A DNA stretch of 64,000 nt, from positions 48-64,047 of the forward strand of contig CAWKPB010000009.1 of NCBI GenBank assembly GCA_963851405.1, in the 5' to 3' direction. The notes under the pieces are model-generated. The model did no database searches. It worked only from the letters and a program-made list of their open reading frames with translations, and had not been told where the DNA came from. Of this stretch, positions 36,692 to 47,388 are shown piece by piece. This DNA comes from an uncultured Actinomycetota bacterium (GTDB taxonomy: Bacteria > Actinomycetota > Actinomycetes > DATJPE01). Every line of letters starts with the position of its first letter. The first letter of the stretch is position 1. Both the position numbers and the translations under genes were made by a program.

Positions 36692-37867
36692 ATGGCCGCC
36701 GCGCCCGTCTCCCCGCTTGACCTGATCTCCGCCGACAGCCTGCTGACGGACGAGGAACAGGAGATTCGCGCAACAGTGCGCCGATTCCTCGACGCTCAGG
36801 TGCGCCCGCACATCGCTGGTTGGTTCGACACCGGGCAACTCCCGGCCCGCGATCTCGCGAAGGATCTCGGCGCCATCGGCGTCCTTGGCATGCACCTGCA
36901 GGGATACGGATGCGCGGGGACGTCGGCCGTCGCCTACGGACTCGCGTGTCTTGAACTCGAAGCCGTCGACTCCGGCGTCCGCTCCTTGGTTTCGGTTCAG
37001 GGCTCCCTGGCGATGTACGCCATTCATGCGTACGGCAGCGAGGAACAGCGCGAATCCTGGTTACCTCAACTTGCGACCGGATCGGCCGTGGGCTGCTTCG
37101 GCCTGACCGAGTCAGACCACGGATCGAACCCAAGTGGCATGCGAACCCGGGCTGTCAGGGACGGCTCCGACTGGCTGGTTACGGGCACCAAGATGTGGAT
37201 CACGAATGGCTCCATCGCGGATGTCGCCATCATTTGGGCGCAGACCGAAGACGGGATCCGCGGCTTCGTCGTTCCCACGGACTCCCCCGGCTTCTCCGCC
37301 AACGAGGTGGGCAACAAGTTGTCGCTTCGTGCGTCCGTAACCAGCGAACTCGTGCTGGATGACGTGCGCCTCCCGGAAACGGCGATGCTGCCCAACGCCA
37401 GGGGCCTTTCCGGCCCCCTGGGATGTCTCAACGAAGCCCGCTTTGGCATCGTCTTCGGAGCCTTGGGAGCGGCGAGGGACTGCCTGGATACGGCCATCGA
37501 CTACGCCGTCGGCCGGGTCCAGTTCGACCGCCCCATCGCCGGATACCAGCTGACTCAGGAGAAACTGGCGAACATGGCCCTGGAACTTCAGAAGGGCTAC
37601 TTGCTCGCACTGCAGATCGGTCGCCTCAAAGACCGTGGCTCGGCGACGCCCGAACTCGTGAGCGTCGGCAAGCTCAACAACGTCAGGGAGGCGCTCGAGA
37701 TTGCCAGAAGCTGCCGCACGATTCTGGGGGCCAATGGGATCACCTCGGAATACCCGGTGCTGAGGCACGCCAACAACCTGGAAAGTGTCCTGACCTATGA
37801 GGGCACCTCCGAGATGCACACCCTGGTCGTTGGCCAGGCCCTGACGGGGATCTCCGCGTTCCGCTAG
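36692..37867 (+). CDS. gcdH: Glutaryl-CoA dehydrogenase-type acyl-CoA dehydrogenase
   Basis: A 391-aa ACAD fold with a GcdH-like N-terminus and motifs (GCFGLTE.DHGSNP, WITNGSIADV). Confidence 0.8.
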   Translation: MAAAPVSPLDLISADSLLTDEEQEIRATVRRFLDAQVRPHIAGWFDTGQLPARDLAKDLGAIGVLGMHLQGYGCAGTSAVAYGLACLELEAVDSGVRSLVSVQGSLAMYAIHAYGSEEQRESWLPQLATGSAVGCFGLTESDHGSNPSGMRTRAVRDGSDWLVTGTKMWITNGSIADVAIIWAQTEDGIRGFVVPTDSPGFSANEVGNKLSLRASVTSELVLDDVRLPETAMLPNARGLSGPLGCLNEARFGIVFGALGAARDCLDTAIDYAVGRVQFDRPIAGYQLTQEKLANMALELQKGYLLALQIGRLKDRGSATPELVSVGKLNNVREALEIARSCRTILGANGITSEYPVLRHANNLESVLTYEGTSEMHTLVVGQALTGISAFR

Positions 37868-38532
37868 TCGGCGAGCGCCGCGGTCACCGACGTGACGGCT
37901 CCTCGCCGATGCTCGTCGAGGAGCAGGACCACGAGATCAACGTCTCCGTCGCGAAACGCCGCGGCGATCCCCCGGTGCTCGGCCACCGCGGCTTGTCGAT
38001 GGCCCGCCTGTGCGTAGTAGACGCTGCGATACACGTCAGTGGCATCCCAGCACAGGCGAATCATCCGGATCAGGCGAGGCATCCGGCTCGTCCCGTACAA
38101 GGCGAAATGGAAGTCGCGGTTGGCCGCAGTCATAGCGCCCAGGTCTCCGCCAGCCGCAGCCGCCTCGAAGTGGCGGAGGAGGGTTTCGACCCGGTCGAAA
38201 TCATCCTGGTCGGCCAGCGGGCCGCCGACTCGCAGCGCCTCTGTCTCCAAAATGGCGCGGATGCGGTACACCTCGATCAGGTCGCCGGCTGAGAGCTCGG
38301 CGACGAAGTACCCACGGTGGGGGTGATAGACAACCTGCCCCTCGCCTTCCAGGATCTTCAACGCTTCTCGCAGGGGCACCCTCGACACGCCGAGGCGTTC
38401 GGCCAGTTGCACCTGTAGGACCTGAGCCCCGGGTCGGAGTTCCCCAGAAGCGATGGCCTGGCGCAACTCTCCGAGAACGGCCTCCTGCGCGGTCGGCGGT
38501 CGACGGAAGCCGTCCGGCTCAGGTCCCGGCAC
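37864..38532 (-). CDS. GntR-family (FadR/FCD subfamily) transcriptional regulator
   Basis: HTH region LQVQLAERLGVSRVPLREAL plus an FCD domain. The GTG start at 38532 is chosen to avoid a long overlap with the upstream CoA-transferase. Confidence 0.65.
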   Translation of the reverse strand: MPGPEPDGFRRPPTAQEAVLGELRQAIASGELRPGAQVLQVQLAERLGVSRVPLREALKILEGEGQVVYHPHRGYFVAELSAGDLIEVYRIRAILETEALRVGGPLADQDDFDRVETLLRHFEAAAAGGDLGAMTAANRDFHFALYGTSRMPRLIRMIRLCWDATDVYRSVYYAQAGHRQAAVAEHRGIAAAFRDGDVDLVVLLLDEHRRGAVTSVTAALAD

Positions 38533-39667
38533 CGGGTGCCGCCCCACCCCGAGCCGACGCGCCCTGTCGCCGTTCCAGGTCCGGGGGCGCCGTTCGGTAG
38601 GTCGCCGGCGTTGCCGACAAGGTGACGGGATGCGCAATCGTCGGCGTACCGTCGGCATCGACGACCGGGCTCAACCCCAACTGGCTGGCGAGGGCGACCG
38701 CCTCGGCTACATCATTGATCGGACCGCACGGAACTCCGGCAGCTGTCAAAGTCGTCGCCCACTCAGCGGCCGACCGGGTACGCATCGCGGCGCCAAGAAG
38801 CGCCATCAGCTCCACACGATGCGCGACCCGTTCGGGGTTGGTGCCGAAGCGCGGATCGGCGGCCAACTCGGGAGCGCCGAGCGCCGCTGCCAGCGCCTGG
38901 AACTGCTTGTCGTTTCCGACCGCGAGGATCATGGGTCGGTCCGCGGTATCCACCGTCTCGTAGGGAGCAATCGACGGGTGCCGGTTCCCCATGATCTCGG
39001 GGGTTATCCCTCCAGCCACATAGGCGCTGGTCTGATTGACCATCGCAGACAGAACCGAGGACAACAGGTTGACCTCAACCCGCTGGCCTTGCCCCGTTAC
39101 ATCCCGATGCCGCAGAGCGGCAAGGACGCCCATGACTGCGTGCAGTCCGGTGATGACATCCACCACTGCGACCCCGACCTTGGTCGGCTCCAACGAGCTC
39201 GGCCCGGTCACCGACATCAGGCCGCCCATGGCCTGGACCAGCAGGTCGTAGCCCGGGAGCGACGCTCCCTCCCCCGCACCGAACCCCGTGATCGAGGCGT
39301 AGACGATCGAAGGATTAGATGCACAGACCTGTGCGTATCCAAGACCCAGCCGATCCATCGTGCCAGGGGAGAAGTTCTCCACGAGTACGTCGGCTCGCGC
39401 GGCCAGTGACTTGGCCTCAGCAAGATCATCCGGATCGCGCAGATCCAGGGACACTCCGCGCTTGTTCCGGTTGACGCTCAGAAAATAGGTCGAGCGCCCG
39501 TGCTCATCCCAGGGCGGGCCCCAGGCGCGCGTGTCGTCCCCTTGCCCCGGTCGCTCGACCTTGATGACCTCGGCACCTAGGTCGCCCAGGAGCATCGTGG
39601 CGTAGGGCCCCGCCAGCACCCGGCTGAAATCGGCGACCAGGATTCCGTCCAACGCTCCCGGCCCCAT
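38519..39667 (-). CDS. Family III (CaiB/BaiF) CoA-transferase
   Basis: N-terminal LDGILVADFSRVLAGP and catalytic Asp context VLVENF.PG. Confidence 0.8.
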   Translation of the reverse strand: MGPGALDGILVADFSRVLAGPYATMLLGDLGAEVIKVERPGQGDDTRAWGPPWDEHGRSTYFLSVNRNKRGVSLDLRDPDDLAEAKSLAARADVLVENFSPGTMDRLGLGYAQVCASNPSIVYASITGFGAGEGASLPGYDLLVQAMGGLMSVTGPSSLEPTKVGVAVVDVITGLHAVMGVLAALRHRDVTGQGQRVEVNLLSSVLSAMVNQTSAYVAGGITPEIMGNRHPSIAPYETVDTADRPMILAVGNDKQFQALAAALGAPELAADPRFGTNPERVAHRVELMALLGAAMRTRSAAEWATTLTAAGVPCGPINDVAEAVALASQLGLSPVVDADGTPTIAHPVTLSATPATYRTAPPDLERRQGASARGGAAPGAGT

Positions 39668-39715
39668 GCGCGACAGAGTAGTCGAATATTGTATCCAACC
39701 GCTGACCGACAACCC

Positions 39716-40552
39716 CTAGAACAACACCGTGGTGAAGGTCCCAATCTCGTCGAAACCCACGCGTTGATAAACCCGTCGCGCGGCCAGGTTGAAGTCGTTG
39801 ACATACAACGTGACGGTCTTGGCATAGTCGCTTTGGGCCAGAGCAACGACCGCGGCCATGGCTGGACCGGCCAAGCCTTCCCCGCGACGGTCCGGCGCCA
39901 CCCATACTCCCTGGACCTGGCAGGCGTCGGCTGTCACAGCGCCCACCTCGGCCTTGAAAATGACCCGCCCAGATTCGATACGGGCATACGCCCTGCCGGA
40001 CGACACCAGCTCATGGACCCGGGCCCGATAGGCGGCCGCGTCCGTGCCCAAGGGGGAAACACCCACTTCCTCGGTAAACATGGCTACCGACGCGGGGAGC
40101 AGCAGATCGAGCTCGTCCAAACGCACTCGGCGAACCAGCGGGTCGGGGGCGATCTCAGGCGCCGAATCAAGGGCCAGGAACGGCTGTGTCTGTCGGACCA
40201 AACGCGCAGGCCCCCAGGCGGGCTCGAGCAGCCCCCACAACTCGTCGACCAGATGCGCCGGGCCCACGATGCTGGAGCAACGTCGGCCCTGTCGCCGGGC
40301 CCGATCAGCGAACGCGCGCAGGGCCTCTGGCCCGGCCGCCACCGGAACCATATTGGCCCCGGAGAAACACAAAGCGTCGAGCCGTCCATCCACGCACCAG
40401 CCCCAGAGCTCGCCCGCGAGGCGCCAATTCTGCACGCCACCGACCACGCGCGCCCCCACGAACACGTTGAGCAACGGTTCCCGCGCCAGGACGGCGTCGA
40501 CGGCGTCGCTGTCAGAGGCCCCGAGGACCCGTAACGACTCCGTGCTCAGCAC
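39716..40552 (-). CDS. GNAT-family acetyltransferase (two-domain type found next to ispG in actinobacteria)
   Basis: C-terminal GNAT motif RRGEGLAGPAMAAVV. Its position next to ispG is conserved. Confidence 0.7.
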   Translation of the reverse strand: MLSTESLRVLGASDSDAVDAVLAREPLLNVFVGARVVGGVQNWRLAGELWGWCVDGRLDALCFSGANMVPVAAGPEALRAFADRARRQGRRCSSIVGPAHLVDELWGLLEPAWGPARLVRQTQPFLALDSAPEIAPDPLVRRVRLDELDLLLPASVAMFTEEVGVSPLGTDAAAYRARVHELVSSGRAYARIESGRVIFKAEVGAVTADACQVQGVWVAPDRRGEGLAGPAMAAVVALAQSDYAKTVTLYVNDFNLAARRVYQRVGFDEIGTFTTVLF

Positions 40553-40613
40553 GGCCGCAGCCTAGCCGCGAAACACCGGGCGTCACGTGCACCTGGGGAG
40601 AACCGGGTGACGT

Positions 40614-41765
40614 TTAGCCGACGGACACGACCGGGTCGCCCACCTCATCGCTGGACTCCATCGTCTCGGCCAAACGCATCGCCTCTTCGATCAACGTCTC
40701 CACAATTTGGGACTCGGGCACCGTCTTGATGACCTCGCCCCTCACGAAGATCTGGCCCTTCCCGTTGCCGCTGGCGACTCCGAGGTCAGCTTCGCGCGCC
40801 TCACCAGGACCGTTGACCACACAACCCATGACCGCGACCCGCAGCGGCACCGTCATGCCTTCCAGTCCAGCAGTGACCTGCTCGGCGAGGGTGTAGACGT
40901 CGACCTGGGCCCGGCCACAGGAAGGACAGGAAACGATTTCGAGTCCCCGCTTGCGAAGGCCCAAGGACTCGAGGATCTGATTGCCGACCTTGACCTCCTC
41001 GACAGGAGGCGCAGAGAGGGAGACCCGGATCGTGTCCCCGATCCCTTCGGCGAGCAGCGCCCCGAAGGCCACGGCTGACTTGATCGTTCCCTGGAACGCC
41101 GGGCCAGCCTCGGTGACCCCCAGGTGCAGCGGATAGTCGCACTGCGCCGCGAGTTGCCGATAGGCGTTCACCATGACCACGGGGTCGTTGTGCTTGACCG
41201 AGATCTTGATGTCGCGAAACCCGTGCTCTTCGAACAACGAGCATTCCCAGAGTGCGGACTCCACCAAAGCCTCCGGAGTGGCCCTCCCGTACTTCGCCAA
41301 CAACCGCTTGTCGAGGGAGCCTGCGTTGACCCCGATCCTGATCGGTGTGCCCGCGTCGCCCGCCGCCTTGGCGATCTCTGCGACCTTGTCGTCGAAGGCC
41401 TTGATGTTGCCGGGATTGACGCGCACCGCGGCGCATCCGGCGTCGATGGCCGCGAAGACGTACTTGGGCTGGAAGTGAATATCCGCGATCACCGGGATTT
41501 GCGACTTCTTAGCGATCGCCGGGAGCGCTTCGGCGTCGTCCTGGCTGGGGCAGGCGACGCGCACGATCTGACACCCGGCTGCCGTGAGTTCTGCGATCTG
41601 CTGAAGCGTGGCGTTGACGTCTGCGGTCAAAGTGGTCGTCATGGACTGGACTGAAATGGGCGCGTCGCCGCCCACCAGAACCCCACCAACGGAGATCTGA
41701 CGCGAAAGGCGCCGATCAGCCAGTGGCTTGGGTGGCGCTGCAGGCAGGCCCAGCGAGACGGTCAT
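40614..41765 (-). CDS. ispG: 4-hydroxy-3-methylbut-2-enyl diphosphate synthase IspG (GcpE)
   Basis: TIM-barrel N-domain and the 4Fe-4S C-domain with cysteines CPSCGR. Confidence 0.95.
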   Translation of the reverse strand: MTVSLGLPAAPPKPLADRRLSRQISVGGVLVGGDAPISVQSMTTTLTADVNATLQQIAELTAAGCQIVRVACPSQDDAEALPAIAKKSQIPVIADIHFQPKYVFAAIDAGCAAVRVNPGNIKAFDDKVAEIAKAAGDAGTPIRIGVNAGSLDKRLLAKYGRATPEALVESALWECSLFEEHGFRDIKISVKHNDPVVMVNAYRQLAAQCDYPLHLGVTEAGPAFQGTIKSAVAFGALLAEGIGDTIRVSLSAPPVEEVKVGNQILESLGLRKRGLEIVSCPSCGRAQVDVYTLAEQVTAGLEGMTVPLRVAVMGCVVNGPGEAREADLGVASGNGKGQIFVRGEVIKTVPESQIVETLIEEAMRLAETMESSDEVGDPVVSVG

Positions 41766-41807
41766 TGACGTTGGTCAGCTCCTAGTCGCGTGTGCACAGA
41801 TTCGGCC

Positions 41808-43022
41808 TCAAAGACCAAGGTCGATGGGGTTGATGACGTCGGCGACAAGCAGCAACACCGAAAGCGAGATGAGAACGAACAAGAACGCATACGCCACCGG
41901 CATCAGCTTGTTCAGGTCTACCCTGCCCGGGTCCGGCTTCCCGCGCCAGCGGGCGACCTTGCTTCGGGCCTGTTCATAGAGGAGTACTGCCAGGTGCCCG
42001 CCGTCGAGCGGCAGCAACGGCAGCAGATTGAAGATGCCGATGAATATGTTGAGCCCCGCGATGACGAGCAGGAACCCTGCGATCCGTAGGGCCCACGGAT
42101 CCGATTCCGAACCGAGGATCTGACCGCTGGCGTCAGCGGCACCGACGACTCCCACCAGACCCGTGGGGTCCCTTGGAGCGTCGTTGGCCACGGAATCCCA
42201 CAACGCCGGGAGCTTGCTCGGAATCAGCACCAGGGCCTCACCCGTGCCCACCAGGATTTGCCCGTAGGTCGAGGTCGCGTACTTCACGGCCCCAACGGGA
42301 CCCACTCGGTAGGCCTGCGACTGGGGGCTCATCCCCAATACGCCAACGGTGACGGTCTCATCGGGGTTCGTCGCAGAAGCACGTTGCCCTTCGACCAGAT
42401 TCACCGTCACCGTGGCTTCCTCGCCGCCACGGCTGTACCCAACCTCGGAAGCGCCGGGACCGGCGTCGCGGATCGCAGCCTGCGCCTGCTCCCACGTCTC
42501 GACGGTGACGCCGTTGACCGAGACGATCTCGTCTCCGGGGAGTAGACCGGCGTCGGCTGCTGGTGACGCGACATCGGGCAAACTACAGGACCCATCGACC
42601 TGATCAGGGGCGCAGGCCGAAATGGTGGCCACGGTGGTGGTCTGCTCGACACCGGCCGCGAGAAGCATCGGAGTGATCAACAAGATGACCACCGCGATGA
42701 GGAAGTGCATCGTCGAGCCGGCCACGAGAACAATCGCGCGCCGCGACGCCGGTTGGCGATAGAAGGCCCGGGGTTCGTCCTCTGGGGCGAGCTCCTCGAG
42801 CTCGGTCATCCCGACGATCTTGACGAAGCCGCCCGCCGGAATAGCCCGGACTCCGTACCGAGTCTCGCCACGGCGCGTGGACCATAGGACCGGTCCGAAC
42901 CCGACAAAGAAGTCCGTCGCCTTCATACCGAACTTGCGGGCCGTCGCGAAGTGGCCCCACTCGTGCAGCATCACCGACAAGAGCAGAGCCACGATGAACG
43001 CGACAATGGCAATGATGGTCAT
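41808..43022 (-). CDS. M50-family site-2 zinc metalloprotease (RseP/Rip1-like) with a PDZ domain
   Basis: HEWGH zinc motif in TM1, a PDZ region, and an LDG motif in the C-terminal TM. Confidence 0.9.
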   Translation of the reverse strand: MTIIAIVAFIVALLLSVMLHEWGHFATARKFGMKATDFFVGFGPVLWSTRRGETRYGVRAIPAGGFVKIVGMTELEELAPEDEPRAFYRQPASRRAIVLVAGSTMHFLIAVVILLITPMLLAAGVEQTTTVATISACAPDQVDGSCSLPDVASPAADAGLLPGDEIVSVNGVTVETWEQAQAAIRDAGPGASEVGYSRGGEEATVTVNLVEGQRASATNPDETVTVGVLGMSPQSQAYRVGPVGAVKYATSTYGQILVGTGEALVLIPSKLPALWDSVANDAPRDPTGLVGVVGAADASGQILGSESDPWALRIAGFLLVIAGLNIFIGIFNLLPLLPLDGGHLAVLLYEQARSKVARWRGKPDPGRVDLNKLMPVAYAFLFVLISLSVLLLVADVINPIDLGL

Positions 43023-44233
43023 CCATGCTCCTTCTCGATGAGCGCACGCGCACTGACGCGCGCGTGCTGCTCCGCAGCAAGGACGTCGGCCAGGCGCAGG
43101 GGGTTCCTAAATTGCTGGTCGTGTGATCCAGCGCTCATCCCAACCGGCACGCAATCGTCAAGAACAGCGGTGACCACGTCCAGGATTCCCAAGAAGGGGA
43201 GCCGACCCACCCGGAACGCCTCGACTGCTTCCTCATTGGCGGCGTTGAACACCGCGGGAGCCGTCCCACCGCGCTCCCCGGCCCTGCGCGCCAGCCGAAC
43301 CGCGGGAAAGGCCGACTCGTCGAGCGGCTCGAAAGTCCAGGTCGCTGCCGTTGACCAATCGCAGGGGGCTGCCGCGTGCGGCACACGCTCGGGCCACCCC
43401 AGGCCCAAGGCGATGGGCAGCCGCATGTCCGGCGGGCTGGCCTGCAAGACAGTCGAACCATCAACGAACTCCACCATGGAGTGGACGACCGACTGAGGAT
43501 GAACGACGACGTCAATCTGATCGAAGGCCAGGTCGAACAACAGGTGCGCTTCGATCACCTCAAGGCCTTTATTGACCAAAGTGGCGGAGTTGATCGTGAC
43601 CACCGGCCCCATGTCCCAGGTGGGATGCGCGAGAGCCTCCCCTGGAGTCACCGAGTCGAGTTGCCGCCTGGTACGGCCGCGGAACGGGCCGCCGCTTGCG
43701 GTCAGAACGAGGCGACGGATCTCCGTCGCGGAGCCAGCGCGCAGGGCCTGAGCCAGGGCAGAGTGTTCGGAGTCGACCGGAACGATCTGGCCGGGCGCGG
43801 CCACCGCCTTGACCAAGGGGCCGCCGACGATGAGGGACTCCTTGTTGGCCAGAGCCAGAATGCGCCCGGCTTCGAGAGCGGCCAGGGTTGGCCCCAAACC
43901 GATCGACCCGGTCATCCCGTTCAACACCACGTCACACGGCCACGCCGCGATCTCCGAAGCCGCATCGGGACCCACGAGAATCTTGGGGGTGGCGCCGTGA
44001 GCCGCGAGGGCTTGGGTCAGACCCGCCTCTGCGGCTAGGTCTGCGACCGCGACGACTCCGGCCCCCACCTGCGCTGCCTGCTCGGCAAGTAGATCGGGGT
44101 TAGATCCCGCCGCCGCCAGACCGACCACTCGAAACCGATCGGGGTTGCGGCGAACGACATCAATCGCTTGGGTCCCGATCGACCCGGTGGAACCGAGGAT
44201 GACCACGTCGCGCATTCGTCCATTGTCACCCAC
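43019..44233 (-). CDS. dxr: 1-deoxy-D-xylulose-5-phosphate reductoisomerase Dxr. The start may be the internal ATG at 44215.
   Basis: GSTGSIG NADPH motif and DXP-reductoisomerase catalytic blocks. Its stop overlaps the M50 protease start. Confidence 0.95.
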   Translation of the reverse strand: MGDNGRMRDVVILGSTGSIGTQAIDVVRRNPDRFRVVGLAAAGSNPDLLAEQAAQVGAGVVAVADLAAEAGLTQALAAHGATPKILVGPDAASEIAAWPCDVVLNGMTGSIGLGPTLAALEAGRILALANKESLIVGGPLVKAVAAPGQIVPVDSEHSALAQALRAGSATEIRRLVLTASGGPFRGRTRRQLDSVTPGEALAHPTWDMGPVVTINSATLVNKGLEVIEAHLLFDLAFDQIDVVVHPQSVVHSMVEFVDGSTVLQASPPDMRLPIALGLGWPERVPHAAAPCDWSTAATWTFEPLDESAFPAVRLARRAGERGGTAPAVFNAANEEAVEAFRVGRLPFLGILDVVTAVLDDCVPVGMSAGSHDQQFRNPLRLADVLAAEQHARVSARALIEKEHG

Positions 44234-44266
44234 CCACCAGCGTGCGGGCGCCGCCCTTCGTGACCG

Positions 44267-46510
44267 TCATGACACGGATTCAAGCTCTGGGTCGACCGAC
44301 CGAGCGCCTGCACCGATTCCGGGACCTCCGTGACCCAGGTTCAACGACCCCACGGGTGCCGATACCGCGCCGCCTTCGCGCAGGCCGTATCGCTCCCACC
44401 AGGACGCCAGAGGGGCCGGTGCGTACCAGTTCCACCGACCCAACAGCTTCATCGTGGCGGGTACCAGCAACGCCCGCACCAGCGTGGCGTCCACCAGGAC
44501 CGCAACACTGAGTCCGACGCCGATCATGGCGATGAACACGATTCCGGAGGTGGCGAAAGCCCCGACGACGACCACAAACAACACGGCCGCGCTCGTGATG
44601 ATTCGGCCCGTTCTCTGCAGCCCTCGAGCGACGGACCGGGTGTTGTCGTGGCTGGCGTCCCACTCCTCCCGAATGCGCGAGAGCAGGAACACCTCGTAGT
44701 CCATTGAGAGCCCGAACGCGAGCGCAAAGATCAGGATGGGCTGCGTGGCCTCGAGGAACCCAGTTGACGTGAAGCCCAGAGTCCCTGCGAGGTTCCCATC
44801 CTGGAAGCCCCACACGAGGATCCCGAAGGTCGCCGAGAGCGACAGGATGTTCATAATGATGGCCTTGATCGGTAGCACCACTGACCCGAAGGCGAAGAAC
44901 AACAACACGAACATCGACACCACCAAGTAGAGCGCCACCCAAGGCAAGCGAGCCCCGAGACCGTCTAGGCGGTCGACCAATAGGGCCGTGTCCCCACCGA
45001 CGAGCACCTGAGAACCCGTCGGAGGGGGGAGATCGCGCAACCCACTCACGGCTGCTTGAGCTTGTTCATCCTGGGATGCCCCTGAGTAGTTGACGGCGAT
45101 GTACGCAGCGCCATCACTGGCTCGGACCACGGCCGCCGAATCAACTCCAGGCACCGCCCGCACGGCCGAGAGGTAGCTGGGGAGAGCGCTGTCCTGCTCC
45201 AACCCGACGATGACGACGTCGATGGGGCTCGCCGTAGCTGACCCAGAGAACTCGGACTCAAGTGCGTCGCCCGCGAGCCGGCTCTCGGTTTCCGAGGGCA
45301 GCACCCGTGAGTCAACCCCGCCGAATGCGACGCGGAGGAACGGCGCGCCCAACACGAGTAGCACGGCCACCACGGCCACCGCCACGGGAAGTGGCCGGCG
45401 CATCACGCCCCGAGCCAATCGAGCCCAGGCGCCCGAGTCCGGGTCTGACGGCTCCGCCAGGCGCCGCCGCGTCCACGGCAGGGGAACTCGCAAGGCGTCG
45501 ACCTTCGGACCGAGAACTCCGAGCAGCGCGGGCAAGAGCGTCAGAGCCGCAACCATCGCCACGAGGACTGCAGCAATCCCACCCATCCCCATCGACTTCA
45601 GGAAGTTCTGCGGAAACATGAGCAGGGCACCGAGAGCCACAGCGACGGTGATCCCCGAGAAGGCGACGGTTCGACCGGCTGTCGCGACCGTCCTCATGAC
45701 GGCGTTTTCAACCGTGGCCCCGGAATGCAGTTCTTCTCGGAAACGGGAGACCACGAACAAGGAGTAGTCGATCGCCAGGCCGAGGCCGAGCATGGTGACG
45801 ATGTTGACCGAGAAGATCGAGATGTCGCCGAACAGGGACAGCGCCCGTAGCGCGGTGAAGGCACCCAGAATGGCGACCAGGCCGATGGCCAGCGGGAGCG
45901 ACGCGGCGGCCAGCGAACCGAAGACGATGATCAGCAGCAGGATCAGCAACGGGATCGAGAGCGTCTCTGCCTTGGCGATGTCCTCGCTGACCTGCGTATT
46001 GATGTCGTCCGTGGTCGGCACGACGCCGCCTCGGAGGGTGGTCAGCCCGGGCGCGACCAGATCGTCAGCAAGGCCCTCGTACGCGCTGGCGCGGGTGTCG
46101 GGGTCGAGACCACTGAGCTGGATGGCGACATACGTGGCCGCCCGGTCGGGCGAGACGAAGGCGGGCGAGGCCGTCGACCAATAGGAGGCCACGGACGCCA
46201 CCGCATCTGCAGGCAAGGAGTCGATGGTCTCGGTCACCGCGCTCCGAAACGCCGGATCGTCGACGGTGAGGGAGGAACCGTCGGGCGCTCGGTACACCAC
46301 GACCACGTCCACCGCGGCCCTACCGAGGCTGTCCTCCAGCGCCGCTACCGCACGCGAGGACTCAGCATCCGGGTCGTCGAACCCCCCGTCGTCCAGAACC
46401 GCGAAGACACCGGTTCCCCAGACCGCAGCGAAGGCGAGCAACGCCGCGGTGAGCGCCAGGACAGCCTTGCGACGCCGATAGATCAATCGGCCGAGCGACT
46501 CGAACAGCAT
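44267..46510 (-). CDS. MMPL-family RND transporter
   Basis: Two 6-TM bundles with large periplasmic domains. Start taken at MLFESLGRLIYRRRK. The upstream 31 codons of the ORF are an extension. Confidence 0.85.
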   Translation of the reverse strand: MLFESLGRLIYRRRKAVLALTAALLAFAAVWGTGVFAVLDDGGFDDPDAESSRAVAALEDSLGRAAVDVVVVYRAPDGSSLTVDDPAFRSAVTETIDSLPADAVASVASYWSTASPAFVSPDRAATYVAIQLSGLDPDTRASAYEGLADDLVAPGLTTLRGGVVPTTDDINTQVSEDIAKAETLSIPLLILLLIIVFGSLAAASLPLAIGLVAILGAFTALRALSLFGDISIFSVNIVTMLGLGLAIDYSLFVVSRFREELHSGATVENAVMRTVATAGRTVAFSGITVAVALGALLMFPQNFLKSMGMGGIAAVLVAMVAALTLLPALLGVLGPKVDALRVPLPWTRRRLAEPSDPDSGAWARLARGVMRRPLPVAVAVVAVLLVLGAPFLRVAFGGVDSRVLPSETESRLAGDALESEFSGSATASPIDVVIVGLEQDSALPSYLSAVRAVPGVDSAAVVRASDGAAYIAVNYSGASQDEQAQAAVSGLRDLPPPTGSQVLVGGDTALLVDRLDGLGARLPWVALYLVVSMFVLLFFAFGSVVLPIKAIIMNILSLSATFGILVWGFQDGNLAGTLGFTSTGFLEATQPILIFALAFGLSMDYEVFLLSRIREEWDASHDNTRSVARGLQRTGRIITSAAVLFVVVVGAFATSGIVFIAMIGVGLSVAVLVDATLVRALLVPATMKLLGRWNWYAPAPLASWWERYGLREGGAVSAPVGSLNLGHGGPGIGAGARSVDPELESVS

Positions 46511-46595
46511 GGACGAACCCTTCGTCGGGTGACCCTGGCTCCCGTCACGATCACCGTGAACAGTGTTTATGTGAACGACGTTAACATCGCAAACG

Positions 46596-47354
46596 ATGTA
46601 CACTCATGTCAAGTGGTATCGCCAACCTGATCGGAGTACTCGCGTGTCGGTCACCTCGGCAGCGGCGCCGGCCCCCACGCGCCGGGAACGTCATCGAGAG
46701 CAGACGGTGGCCGAAATCAAGCGTGTGGCCCGCGAACACCTGATCGCGCACGGTCCGCAGGGTGTCCAGTTGCGAGCGGTCGCACGGGACGTCGGGATGA
46801 CCGCACCCGCGTTGTACCGATACTTCGACAGCCTTGAGGATTTGCTCACCGCGCTCGTCACCGATCTGTATGTCGAGCTCGCTGTGGCTGTCGAAGAAGC
46901 GACCGCGCCGAGCCGCGGCTCACTTGAGCAGCGATTGATCGGTGCGGCACGCGCCTTCAGAAGCTGGTCCATCGCCCATCCAGCCGAGTTCGGGCTGCTC
47001 TTCGGTAGCCCGATCCCCGGTGTCGACAGACAAGACGACAGCCCCCATTGCGTCGCGGCTCAGCGCTTCGGACAGGCCTTTGGCGTCCTGTTCGTCGAGA
47101 TCTGGATGACCCGCCCGTACCCGGTGTCTGATGACCTCGATCCGCAGTTGCGCGCAAATCTCACGGCGTACGGAGACCACGTAGGGCTACCGCTCCCACC
47201 CGAGGCTGTAGCCGTGTTCCTCACGTCCTGGGTTCGTCTGTACGGAGCTGTGACCATGGAGGTCTTCGGCCACATCTCCTTTGCCCTCGATGATGCCGAG
47301 CCGCTGTTCGAGGCCGAACTCGTGGGCCTGCGCCGCGCGCTGGGATTCGTCTGA
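46596..47354 (+). CDS. TetR-family transcriptional regulator, divergent from the MMPL gene
   Basis: HTH VARDVGMTAPALYRYF. The true start may be a downstream GTG. Confidence 0.7.
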   Translation: MYTHVKWYRQPDRSTRVSVTSAAAPAPTRRERHREQTVAEIKRVAREHLIAHGPQGVQLRAVARDVGMTAPALYRYFDSLEDLLTALVTDLYVELAVAVEEATAPSRGSLEQRLIGAARAFRSWSIAHPAEFGLLFGSPIPGVDRQDDSPHCVAAQRFGQAFGVLFVEIWMTRPYPVSDDLDPQLRANLTAYGDHVGLPLPPEAVAVFLTSWVRLYGAVTMEVFGHISFALDDAEPLFEAELVGLRRALGFV

Positions 47355-47388
47355 CCACCCGAACGACATCAGCAGAGGGCACCTCCGG

